A stretch of 62,412 nucleotides of DNA, the filler included, from Deltaproteobacteria bacterium (lineage in GTDB: Bacteria; JAUYMQ01), in the NCBI GenBank assembly GCA_030698575.1. It is 8 parts of 8 records of this genome, joined end to end, with 100 filler letters (N's around TTAATTAATTAA, not from the genome) between each part and the next. Parts side by side here need not be neighbours in the genome. Positions count along the whole stretch, not along the records: positions 50,349 to 62,412 come from JAUYMQ010000280.1; 7 more parts are not named here. One strand, given 5' to 3'. The translations under genes and the position numbers were made by a program. Positions 52,577 through 61,424 of the stretch are shown piece by piece (the stretch's first letter is position 1; the number at the start of each line of letters is the position of its first letter). The notes under the pieces were generated by a model. The model made no database searches. It worked only from the letters and a program-made list of their open reading frames with translations, and had not been told where the DNA came from.

Positions 52577-53637
52577 GCGGAGGCTCTCCCATGCGTCCCC
52601 GCCATGCGGGCGGCCGCCGCGTCGAGAACCCGTTCCCTTCCCCGGCCGTCGAACAGCGCCATGCCCTGATCGGCCATTGCGCGGCGGCGTTCGCCGTCCG
52701 CGAGGAGCGCGCCGAGTGCGCCGGCGACATCCGCCCCGTCGGGCGCCCCGAGGCAGAGGGCCACGCCCGCTCTGTCCAGCGCCTCGGCCGCGTCCTTCTG
52801 CGTCTCCGAGAGCACGAGCAGCAGCGCCGGCACGCCGAGGCGCGCCATCTCGTAGGCGGTCGAGCCGCCCGCCGAGATCGCGAGATCAGCCGTGGCGAAT
52901 ACCTCGGCTGTCTCCGGCAAATCCACTTTGATCCCCACCTTGTGGGACGACCCCCGCGCCGCTTCTTCGAGCGACTCGAGATGGCCGTAGGCGCCGCCGA
53001 CGACGATTGTCACGCGCAGCGCCGGCGTGATTCCCTCGAGGCTCCGAAGAACCTGCTCGGTTACGTTCGCCGGATCGCCGGCCCCCAGCGAGACAACGAC
53101 GTGTTCCGCGCGATCGGGTTGCGTCCGCCGCTGGAGGTCGGGACGGAGGAAGGCGTCGCGAAAGAAGAAGTAATCCGGGCCAAGAAGAAGCTGTGTGTCG
53201 CGCGAAACCCTGTAGGCGAGGCGCTCGGCGCCCAGGTTCCCGTTCACGACGATATGGGAGGCGTAGGTGATGCGGGGCAGATCGTTCAGGCTCATCACGA
53301 GCGGCCCCGCGTCGCGCGCGCCGCTGATCCAGGAGGTGTCGAGGCTGTTGTGGTCGGTCACCAGCATTGCCTCCGAGAGCGGTTGCCCCTCCTGGCGGCG
53401 CTTCATCGCCTCGAGCGTCGCCATGAGATCGGCGGCGCTCCCGGACCCGTCCGGCAGCAGCGAAACGTCCTCGCCCAGGGCGTCGAGCTTCGCCCTCCCC
53501 GAGCCGTCGCCCGCGTGGGTCAGGAAGCGGGGCCGGAGGCCGCGCCGCCTGGCCTCCTGGGCGAGCGCGTGGCAGCGCGTGAGATGCCCGAATCCGATTT
53601 CGGCGCCACCATCCGCCCTGATGTAGAGGTTCGTCAC
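52573..53637 (-). CDS. pseG: PseG/SpsG-like UDP-sugar hydrolase
   Basis: IRADGGAEIGFGHLTRC, LLGPDY, LGAGDP, AGGSTAYE. Confidence 0.82.
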   Translation of the reverse strand: MTNLYIRADGGAEIGFGHLTRCHALAQEARRRGLRPRFLTHAGDGSGRAKLDALGEDVSLLPDGSGSAADLMATLEAMKRRQEGQPLSEAMLVTDHNSLDTSWISGARDAGPLVMSLNDLPRITYASHIVVNGNLGAERLAYRVSRDTQLLLGPDYFFFRDAFLRPDLQRRTQPDRAEHVVVSLGAGDPANVTEQVLRSLEGITPALRVTIVVGGAYGHLESLEEAARGSSHKVGIKVDLPETAEVFATADLAISAGGSTAYEMARLGVPALLLVLSETQKDAAEALDRAGVALCLGAPDGADVAGALGALLADGERRRAMADQGMALFDGRGRERVLDAAAARMAGTHGRASA

Positions 53638-53662
53638 GATCAGCGCGTCTCCCCGCCGGGGT

Positions 53663-54472
53663 TCACCGGCCTTCCGTCCGCTTTCCCCTGGCCGCCAGAA
53701 CGCGCGCATCCAGCTCCTGGGCGTAGAGATTTCCCCGCTTCTGCTGCACCCCGGCGTTCAGCGCCACGATCTCGGGATGAGCTTCCAGGAAGCGCAGCGC
53801 CTCGCGCAGGACCACCGGCTTCCCTTCACGGTAGAGCGCTTCGTAGATCGCCTTCAGCACCTCGTAGTCGGCGGGTTCGTCGAGGGTGAGGCGGAACTCG
53901 GGCCGGTAAAGCGATGCGTCCATGCCGCCGCCCGCGTCGCCGCCCACGCCAAATGCTTCGATGTGGAACTCCTCGGGGTGCTCCTTGATCGGGACCGTGA
54001 TCAACTCGCCCTGGTAACGCGTGTGGACCAGCTCGAGGGCCCGGCGGCTGATGACTTCCACGAGCACGCCGACGGAGAGGACCGCGGGTACGTACGTGAA
54101 GTCGGCCCCCGTGGCGCGGTGGTGGGCGATCATCCGGGAAGCGAGGGGCATGTCGAACAGCGGGCAGTCAGCAGTCACCCGGACGACACTTTCGGCGCCG
54201 GATTTTCGGGCGATGGTCACGTGCCGTTCGAGCACGTCCTCGGGGTCGCCGGCGTAGGCCTCGATGCCGAGCGACCGGGCCAGCGCGACGAGCGGGACGT
54301 TGTTCTCCTCACTCGACGTGCCGAGCCAGACGGCGTCGATGCCGTCGACGTGGCGCAGCCGCTCCACCATGTGGGCGGTGACCGGCTTCCCGGCGAGATC
54401 CATCATGACCTTGCCGGGAAGGCGCTCCGATCCCATGCGGGCTGTGATCACGGCGACGAGGGGCCCGGCCAT
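53663..54472 (-). CDS. SpsF/PseF-like cytidylyltransferase
   Basis: ARMGSERLPGKV, DVLER, RVTADCP, RLTLDEPAD. Confidence 0.85.
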   Translation of the reverse strand: MAGPLVAVITARMGSERLPGKVMMDLAGKPVTAHMVERLRHVDGIDAVWLGTSSEENNVPLVALARSLGIEAYAGDPEDVLERHVTIARKSGAESVVRVTADCPLFDMPLASRMIAHHRATGADFTYVPAVLSVGVLVEVISRRALELVHTRYQGELITVPIKEHPEEFHIEAFGVGGDAGGGMDASLYRPEFRLTLDEPADYEVLKAIYEALYREGKPVVLREALRFLEAHPEIVALNAGVQQKRGNLYAQELDARVLAARGKRTEGR

Positions 54473-55483
54473 CTAGGCGAGATCCTCCGGTCCAATGGGT
54501 TCGTTTCGGTGAACGGCGCGGCGGAGGCGCTTTCCGAGCAGTCGCTCGGCCTCCAGGGGGCCTATGCCGAGCGGGACACGGCGCTTGAAGTCCACGTGCT
54601 CCAGCGTGAGCAGTGTCCCTTCGGCGAGATCCTCGCGCGCCACCAGCGTCTTGCGCGTGCTTTCGCGCCAGGCGAGTTCTTTCGCCGTGGGCCTGCGGAT
54701 CGCCTCGCCGAGCGAGACCTCGGCGTTGCGGATGTCCTCGACCATCTTCTTGAACTCGCCGGGCTCCAGGGCCGACACCCAGTCGTATCGCTTGGCCGCG
54801 CGGTCGGTGGTGAAATGTTTCTCGATGGCCATGGACCCGGCGCCCACGCTCGCCAGCGCCGCTACACTGTCCGTCGTGTGGTCATTGAAACCCACGGGGC
54901 GGTCGAAGATCTCCTGGTAGCTCCGGATCACGCGCAGATGCATGTCGGCGTAGTGGGAGGGGTGATCCTGGAAGCCGTGGAGCAGCACGATCTGATCGTT
55001 GCCCGCCGCGGTGATGCGCTCGATCGCGAACTCGATTTCGCCGAGCGTCGTCATGCCCGTGTGCAGGAGCAACGGGACGCCGGTCCGGGCTGCATGCTCG
55101 AGCAGGTAGGGGTTCACCAGGTCGCCGGCGTGGAGCCGGAAAAAAGGGGTTCCGATGGCGACCTGCAGGTCGACGCTCGGAGGGTCGAGCACGTCAACGC
55201 AGAACGAGATGCCGTTGTCCGAGGCGCAGAATCGGAGATCCTTCCACTCCTGCTTGGTGAAGCGCAGCTTCTGGTAGACCCCGTACCACTCGTAATCCGG
55301 GACAGCGAAGGCGTCGGCGTCCATGCACTGGAACTTCACGGCGTCCGCACCGGTGGCCGCCGCGGCACGCACCATCTCCATGGCGATGGCGTGATCGCCG
55401 GCGTGGTTGTTGGCCCCCTCGGCGATGATGTAAACGGGCTCGCCGGGGCCGACGCGCTTTCCGTCCAGCACAACGGGCTTCAC
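54473..55483 (-). CDS. NeuB/PseI-family paralog with degenerate active site
   Basis: IIAE, DAVKFQ, IEKHFT, C-terminal SAF/AFP-like domain; substituted PEP and metal motifs. Confidence 0.85.
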   Translation of the reverse strand: MKPVVLDGKRVGPGEPVYIIAEGANNHAGDHAIAMEMVRAAAATGADAVKFQCMDADAFAVPDYEWYGVYQKLRFTKQEWKDLRFCASDNGISFCVDVLDPPSVDLQVAIGTPFFRLHAGDLVNPYLLEHAARTGVPLLLHTGMTTLGEIEFAIERITAAGNDQIVLLHGFQDHPSHYADMHLRVIRSYQEIFDRPVGFNDHTTDSVAALASVGAGSMAIEKHFTTDRAAKRYDWVSALEPGEFKKMVEDIRNAEVSLGEAIRRPTAKELAWRESTRKTLVAREDLAEGTLLTLEHVDFKRRVPLGIGPLEAERLLGKRLRRAVHRNEPIGPEDLA

Positions 55484-55525
55484 TTGGCGCTCTCCTCTCC
55501 TGCGCTGGCCGGGCGCGCGGCGCCC

Positions 55526-56581
55526 TCAGGCGATCTTGTCCCAGGTGAGCGGATCCTGGGACCGGATGTCCACCGCCGCGCGCCTGCCGACAACCCGATC
55601 GAGGAAGCGCGGCTCGAGGCCCGTCCCGGGCCGGAGGATGGCCAGCATGTCCTCGCGGATGAGGGCGCCGGCGGGAATGTCCGTGGCGGCGAAGATCGAG
55701 CGCCGACCCATCACGAAGCTCCCCTCCTCGGAGGGGAGCCGGTGCTTCACGGGACTCCCGAGCGCTTCCTCGCACTCGCGGACGCCCTGCACCAGCGCCT
55801 TGAGCTCGTCCGGCTCGATGGAGAAGGGGTGATCGGGCCCCGGCATGTCCCGGCCCAGCGTGAAGTGTTTTTCGATCATGTTTCCGCCGAGGGCGGCGGT
55901 CACCACGGCGGCGGTGATTCCGTTCGAGTGATCGCTGTAGCCCACCGGGACGCCGAAGGCGCGCTTCATCGCCGGGATGGCGCGCAGGTTCAGCTCCGTG
56001 AACGCGGCCGGGTAGCTTGCGGCGCAGTGAAACAGGGCGACCTCCTTGCAACCCCCGGCTTCGGCTGCCTCGAGCGCCGGCTCGATGTCAGCCAGGTTCG
56101 CCATCCCCGTCGAGATGAGAAGGGGTTTTCCGGTGGCCGCCGCATGACGGATGAGCGGAAGGTGCCACAACTCGTAGGAGGCGATCTTGTAGGCCGCCAG
56201 ATCGAGCTTCTCGAGATCGTCCACCGCCTCCTCGTCGAAGGGCGTGCAGAGGAAGATGAGCCCTTTCTCCTCGCTGTAGGCCTTGAGATCCCCCAGCCAT
56301 TCCGCGGGGAGCTCCATCTGCTTGTAGACCTCGTGCATGCTCCCTGACTCGGGGAACATCTTCTCGATATAGGGGTGCTTTTCGCGCATGCGCGCGACGA
56401 TCTTGTCCGCGGTGAAAGCCTGGAACTTGACCGCGTCGGCGCTTGCCGCGGCGGCGGCGTCGATGAGGCCCAGGGCCGTCTTCATGTCGCGGTTGTGGTT
56501 CGACGACGCCTCGGCGATGACGAAGAAGGGATGGCCGTCGCCAATCGTCCTGGGGCCCGCCTTTACTTCGGGACGGAGCAA
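55526..56581 (-). CDS. pseI: Nonulosonic acid synthase (PseI/NeuB family), canonical
   Basis: IAEASSNHN, CTPFD, YKIASYE, ISTGM, GYSDHS, IEKHFTL, PDHPFS, LRPG; TTG start. Confidence 0.88.
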   Translation of the reverse strand: MLRPEVKAGPRTIGDGHPFFVIAEASSNHNRDMKTALGLIDAAAAASADAVKFQAFTADKIVARMREKHPYIEKMFPESGSMHEVYKQMELPAEWLGDLKAYSEEKGLIFLCTPFDEEAVDDLEKLDLAAYKIASYELWHLPLIRHAAATGKPLLISTGMANLADIEPALEAAEAGGCKEVALFHCAASYPAAFTELNLRAIPAMKRAFGVPVGYSDHSNGITAAVVTAALGGNMIEKHFTLGRDMPGPDHPFSIEPDELKALVQGVRECEEALGSPVKHRLPSEEGSFVMGRRSIFAATDIPAGALIREDMLAILRPGTGLEPRFLDRVVGRRAAVDIRSQDPLTWDKIA

Positions 56582-56585
56582 GGGC

Positions 56586-58289
56586 CTAGCCCTCCTCTCC
56601 GACGAGCCAGTTGCCGATCGCCAGGCAGTCGACGTTTTCCTTCTGGAAGGACTGCACGGCGTCCTCGGGGGAACAGACGATCGGCTCCTCGTGGTCATTG
56701 AAGGAGGTGTTGATGATGGCGGAACGGCCCGTCTTCTGATGGAAGGCCTTGATGAGATCGTGATACTCGGGGTTCTGCTCGCGAGGGACCACCTGCGGCC
56801 GCGCCGTGCCGTCGACGTGAACGGTGGCAGGGGCGCTTTCCTTGAACTCAGGCGTGCAGTCGTAGCAGATCGTCATGAAGTGGCTGGCGATGTGATCCGG
56901 CCGCCAACCCACGAAGCTCCGCGCCGCCAGCGCGGGGATCGTGGCCGGCGCGAAGGGCATGAACTCGGTGCGGTGGAGCCGCTTGTTGAGCCAGTCGTTG
57001 ACGGTTTTATCGGCCGGGTGGACGAGGATGCTGCGCGCGCCCCGCGCGCGCGGACCCCACTCCATCCGCCCCTGGAACCAGCCGACGACCTTTCCCCGGG
57101 CGAGGAGATCCGCCGTTTCGGCCACCTTGTCCCTGAAGGGACGGTAGGTGAGGTTGTAGGCGTCGAGAACCTTCTTGATCTCCTCGTCGCTGAAAGACGG
57201 ACCGAGATAGACGTCCGCGATGGGGCGCTGGATCCGGTTGCCCGTCTCGGACAGAAAGTTGAGCGTGGCGCCGACCGAGAGCCCGCCGTCGCCCATGTTC
57301 GGATAGACGAACACGTTGTCGACGCCCTCGAGGGCGAGAATTCGCTGGTTGAGTTTCACGTTTCCGAAGAGCCCGCCGGCGAGACAGATGTTCTCGACGG
57401 GCGCGCCCGCGTCCGCCTGCTCCTTCAGGAATCGCCGGATGTAGGCGAGCATCACGTCCTCGAGGTGCTGCTGGCAGGCGGCGGCGATGTCCTCCTTCGA
57501 GAACCCGGAAAGCGCCTCCTTGAGCGCGGGAGGCGGGTCGGTGAAGAAGGGCTTGTACATCCGGCCGATCTTCGCGTAGATGTTCCCGTCCGTGAAATCG
57601 ATCATCTCCCGCATCACATGGATGGCTTTCGACGGGTCGCCGTAGGCCGCGAGCCCGGTGACCTTCCCCTCGTGACGGACGGGGCGCATGCCGAGGATGA
57701 AGGTGATCGTCGAGTAGTAGAAGCCGAGGCTGTCGAAACTCGACCGCCAGTCCAGCTCGGTGATCTTCTCCCCCTCGCCGAGGTGCACCGTCGCGCTCCG
57801 GAAATCCCCCCGCGCGTCGGCGGTGAAGCAGAGCGCCCGGTCGAAGGGGCTCGTTAGAAACGCCGTGGCCGCGTGAGAGAGGTGGTGATCGTAGACGCGG
57901 AGTTTCGAGGTCCACCCCTGTTCGGCGGCCACGCGCGCCATCTCGTCCTTGCGTACCTGATCGCGCTCCAACTCCACCCGCACCCTGGTTTCGACCAGTT
58001 CCGCGCAGTCCGGTTGTTCCTGCACGGCGCGGATCATGCGCTTGCTCAACGGGCCGAGGAGTTTGTGCTCGTCGAACTCGCGCCCCCAGCCGTAGGCCAC
58101 CGCGTCGACCTCCGAGGCCTTCAGGCCGCCCATCGAAAGGACGTACTCGATGGCCCGCCAGGGGAAGGCGTCGTCCTGCTTTCTGCGGCTGAATCGCTCC
58201 TCGTTGGCGGCCGCCACGGTTTTTCCGTCGATGGTGAGCGAGGCGCCGCTTTCGAAGGCGTTCGAGAGGCCGAGCACGATCATGGACAT
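56586..58289 (-). CDS. NodU/CmcH-family carbamoyltransferase
   Basis: EERFSRRK, HHLSHA, EGKVTGLAAYG, MPFAP, HVDGTARPQ, INTSFN. Confidence 0.92.
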   Translation of the reverse strand: MSMIVLGLSNAFESGASLTIDGKTVAAANEERFSRRKQDDAFPWRAIEYVLSMGGLKASEVDAVAYGWGREFDEHKLLGPLSKRMIRAVQEQPDCAELVETRVRVELERDQVRKDEMARVAAEQGWTSKLRVYDHHLSHAATAFLTSPFDRALCFTADARGDFRSATVHLGEGEKITELDWRSSFDSLGFYYSTITFILGMRPVRHEGKVTGLAAYGDPSKAIHVMREMIDFTDGNIYAKIGRMYKPFFTDPPPALKEALSGFSKEDIAAACQQHLEDVMLAYIRRFLKEQADAGAPVENICLAGGLFGNVKLNQRILALEGVDNVFVYPNMGDGGLSVGATLNFLSETGNRIQRPIADVYLGPSFSDEEIKKVLDAYNLTYRPFRDKVAETADLLARGKVVGWFQGRMEWGPRARGARSILVHPADKTVNDWLNKRLHRTEFMPFAPATIPALAARSFVGWRPDHIASHFMTICYDCTPEFKESAPATVHVDGTARPQVVPREQNPEYHDLIKAFHQKTGRSAIINTSFNDHEEPIVCSPEDAVQSFQKENVDCLAIGNWLVGEEG

Positions 58290-58969
58290 TCCTTCGTCAC
58301 GAGTGCGATGAGACGTTCGCGCCGGTTCTCGTCGTCCAGGCGGACATCCCCGGGCAAGAGACCCATCCGCAGTAGCCGCTCTTCGAGGACCGGCAGGTCG
58401 CCGAAGGTGACGGCCGAGCGGACGGTAAAGCCGGCGGCGGCCAGGGTGGCCGTGAGATCGTCGAGATCATAGTAGCGCAACACTGTCGTATCGCGCCGGT
58501 AGGGAATGAGGCCTTTCTCGTTGAAGACACGATAGACCTCGATGTATCGCCTGTTGGGCGTGGTCACGACCATGGCGCCTCCCGCGGCCAGAACGCGGGA
58601 GGCTTCGGCAAGAACCTGGTCCGGTTCGGCAACGTGGCCGATCGCGTGGGTGATCACCAGCCCTTCGAAAACGCCGTCGCGGAACGCCAGGTGGTGAGCG
58701 TCCAGATTCATGAAGCCCCCGCCCACCTCGCGCAGCGCAATCTGGATTCCCTTCGGTGAGTAATCGGCGCCGAAGGCGGCGTAGCCGGCTTCGCGCAGCG
58801 CGGCGACGTTCAGCCCCGGCCCGCAGGCCAGATCCAGCACGCGGCCCCGCACGCCCGCCTCCTGCAGCAGCCGGATGACCTCGCGGATCTCCGACCGTCC
58901 CTTCTCCGAGACGTTGAAGGGCATGATTCGGCCGGTGTAGTAGTCCTCGTCCGGAATCTCGAGCCTCAT
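58280..58969 (-). CDS. Class I SAM-dependent methyltransferase
   Basis: VLDLACGPG, DAHHLAF, VTTPN. Confidence 0.85.
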   Translation of the reverse strand: MRLEIPDEDYYTGRIMPFNVSEKGRSEIREVIRLLQEAGVRGRVLDLACGPGLNVAALREAGYAAFGADYSPKGIQIALREVGGGFMNLDAHHLAFRDGVFEGLVITHAIGHVAEPDQVLAEASRVLAAGGAMVVTTPNRRYIEVYRVFNEKGLIPYRRDTTVLRYYDLDDLTATLAAAGFTVRSAVTFGDLPVLEERLLRMGLLPGDVRLDDENRRERLIALVTKECP

Positions 58970-60147
58970 GCCCGCGCCTCTTCCACGACCTCGCCGACGA
59001 TGGCGATGACGTCCTCGACGTCCGTGTCGTTCATTCGCGGGAAGAGCGGGAGCGAGATCTCGGCCGCGTAGTAGGCCTCCGCACGGGGGAACTCCCCCGG
59101 CGCATGCCCGAAGTGCTTCCGGTAATAGGGGTGGAGCGGGATGGGAATGTAGTGAACCTGCACGCCGAGCCCGCGCTCCCGGAGCGCCTTGAAGATCGCC
59201 CCGCGCGAGGAACTGAGCCGATCCAATCGGAGCCTCAGCGGGAAGATGTGCCAGGCCGGCTCGGCGCCGGGCCTCGAGGCCGGGACAGTGAGCGCGTCGC
59301 TCTTGTTGAAGGCCTCCCGGTAGCGATCAACGATGGCGCGGCGCCGCGCCACGAACGCATCCAGCTTGCGAAGCTGGCTGAGCCCGAGCGCGCACTGAAG
59401 ATCGGTGATCCGGTAGTTGTATCCCAGCTCGATCATTTCGTAGTACCAGGGCCCCCGCTCGATGTCGCCGTGGAGGAATTCTCCCGCCTCGCGCGTGATG
59501 CCGTGGGTGCGGAAGAGCCGGAGACGGTGCGCCAGCGCTTCGTCGTCCGTGGTGACGGCGCCGCCTTCACCGGTGGTGATGGTTTTCACGGGGTGGAACG
59601 AGAAGGTCGTAAGATCGGCCAGCGCGCCCACCGGCCGCCCCCCAAGGCGTGCCCCGAGCGAATGGGCGGCGTCTTCGATGATGAGGATGCCGCGCTCGCG
59701 GGCGATCTCGCGCAGCGCCTCGAGATCAGCGGGGTGGCCGGCGTAATCGACGGGGAGCAACGCCCGGGTGCGCGGCGAAAGTGCCCGGCGCGCGGCTTCG
59801 GGATCCAGGTTTCCGGTGTCGGCGCTGACGTCGGCGAAGACCGGCCGCCCTCCCTGATAGAGGACGGCGTTCGCGCCGGCGACGAAGGAGAGGGGACTTG
59901 TCACGACCTCGGCGCCGGGACCGACGCCGGCGGCGTAAACCGCTCCGTGAAGGGCCGCGGTTCCGCTCGAGAAGGCCACCGCGAAGCGCGCGCCGACCGC
60001 GCGACAAAGATTGTTTTCGAAAAGATCGATAGCCGGGCCCTGGGTTATCCAGTCCCCGCGGAGGATCTCGAGAACGCTCTGGACGTCCTCTTCGTCGAGC
60101 CACTGCCGCCCGTAGGGGAGGGGAGAGCTGCTGCGATCCCTGGGCAT
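58966..60147 (-). CDS. pseC: UDP-4-amino-4,6-dideoxy-N-acetyl-beta-L-altrosamine transaminase
   Basis: LPYGRQ, SSGTAALH, IEDAAHSLG, SFHPVKTITTGEGG, LGYNYRITD. Confidence 0.9.
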   Translation of the reverse strand: MPRDRSSSPLPYGRQWLDEEDVQSVLEILRGDWITQGPAIDLFENNLCRAVGARFAVAFSSGTAALHGAVYAAGVGPGAEVVTSPLSFVAGANAVLYQGGRPVFADVSADTGNLDPEAARRALSPRTRALLPVDYAGHPADLEALREIARERGILIIEDAAHSLGARLGGRPVGALADLTTFSFHPVKTITTGEGGAVTTDDEALAHRLRLFRTHGITREAGEFLHGDIERGPWYYEMIELGYNYRITDLQCALGLSQLRKLDAFVARRRAIVDRYREAFNKSDALTVPASRPGAEPAWHIFPLRLRLDRLSSSRGAIFKALRERGLGVQVHYIPIPLHPYYRKHFGHAPGEFPRAEAYYAAEISLPLFPRMNDTDVEDVIAIVGEVVEEARA

Positions 60148-60148
60148 G

Positions 60149-61126
60149 TCACCCTTCGCCTATCATGCGGCGGAGCTCCTCGACGGTGAGCCACTGTGTG
60201 TTGTTGTCGCTCGAATAGCGGAATCCGTCGGGCAGGGTCTTGCCTCCCTCCCACTTCTCTCGTTTCCACCAGGGGTGCTCGGGCTCGATCACGAAGAATT
60301 TGTCGAAGCGGAGCGCGTGGCGGGCCTCGTCCTCGGTGACCATGACCTCATGCAGTTTTTCGCCGGGGCGAATCCCGATCTCCTTGATCTCGCAGTCGGG
60401 CGCCATGGCGCGGGCCAGGTCGGTGACCTTCATGCTGGGGATCACGGGGATGAAGATCTCGCCGCCGTGAAGGAGATCGACGGCATCGAGCACGAGCTGC
60501 ACGGCCTCGTCGAGGGTGATCCAGAAGCGCGTCATGCGGGGATCGGTGATGGTCAGCACGCCCGAGGGGCGCTGCTCGCGGAAGAGCGGAATGACAGAGC
60601 CCCGGCTCCCGACGACGTTGCCGTACCGCACGCAACTCAGCCGGGTGTTTCGCCCGCCGGTGTAGGCGTTCCCCTGGATGACTATCTTCTCGGCGCAGAG
60701 CTTGGTCGCCCCGTAGAGGTTCACGGGGTTCACGGCCTTGTCCGTGGAGAGAGCAACGACCCGCTCCACCCCGCAGTCGATGGCGGCGTCGATGAGGTTC
60801 TGGGCCCCGAGAATGTTCGTCTTGACGGCCTCGAAGGGGTTGTACTCGCAGGCGGGGATCTGCTTCAGGGCCGCCGCGTGCACCACCACATCGACCCCCT
60901 GCATGGCCCGGTAGACCCGCTCGCGGTCGCGGACGTCGCCGAGCAGGAAGCGGAGGCGGGGGTCCTGGATCTCCGAGCGCATCTCGCTCTGCTTCAACTC
61001 GTCCCGCGACAAGACGCGAAGGGCCCTGAAATCGTGATCCCGGACCAGCCGGCAGGTGAAGGCACGGCCGAAGGAACCCGTGCCGCCCGTGAGGAGAATG
61101 ACCTTGTCCTTGAAACGCGTCTGCAC
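60149..61126 (-). CDS. pseB: UDP-N-acetylglucosamine 4,6-dehydratase (inverting)
   Basis: TGGTGSFG, SRDELKQ, HAAALKQIP, STDKA, YGATK, RYGNVVGSRGSV, GIRPGEKLHE. Confidence 0.93.
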   Translation of the reverse strand: MQTRFKDKVILLTGGTGSFGRAFTCRLVRDHDFRALRVLSRDELKQSEMRSEIQDPRLRFLLGDVRDRERVYRAMQGVDVVVHAAALKQIPACEYNPFEAVKTNILGAQNLIDAAIDCGVERVVALSTDKAVNPVNLYGATKLCAEKIVIQGNAYTGGRNTRLSCVRYGNVVGSRGSVIPLFREQRPSGVLTITDPRMTRFWITLDEAVQLVLDAVDLLHGGEIFIPVIPSMKVTDLARAMAPDCEIKEIGIRPGEKLHEVMVTEDEARHALRFDKFFVIEPEHPWWKREKWEGGKTLPDGFRYSSDNNTQWLTVEELRRMIGEG

Positions 61127-61424
61127 CGTGACCCCCTGCGAGGCGTGAACAGAATTGGCGATTTTATCTGTATTTTTGCTACGTTGCAATCAATCGGCCG
61201 CTCCGGCGGGCCTTCCCTCGGCTCGGCCAGGGCTTGGCCGGCCCCTGGCCGGCTCCAGGTCCGGAAACGCGGCCGGCATGATAGATTTCGGCACCCTGTG
61301 GGGCTCCCTTGAGGGGGGTATACAACCGCGGCGGCATCCTGTACACCGTGGCTCGTTCAAGCTTGGCTCTCGCCGGCCGGGCCTGGCGCTCGACGGAAGG
61401 ACCCCGGTTCCCGAAAGGCGGTGA

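Noticed and set aside
53777-56347. 856-aa + strand ORF and similar long antisense ORFs (e.g. 17799-19427, 19456-20961, 36007-37515)
   Set aside because: Shadow ORFs opposite well-supported genes in high-GC DNA; no motifs
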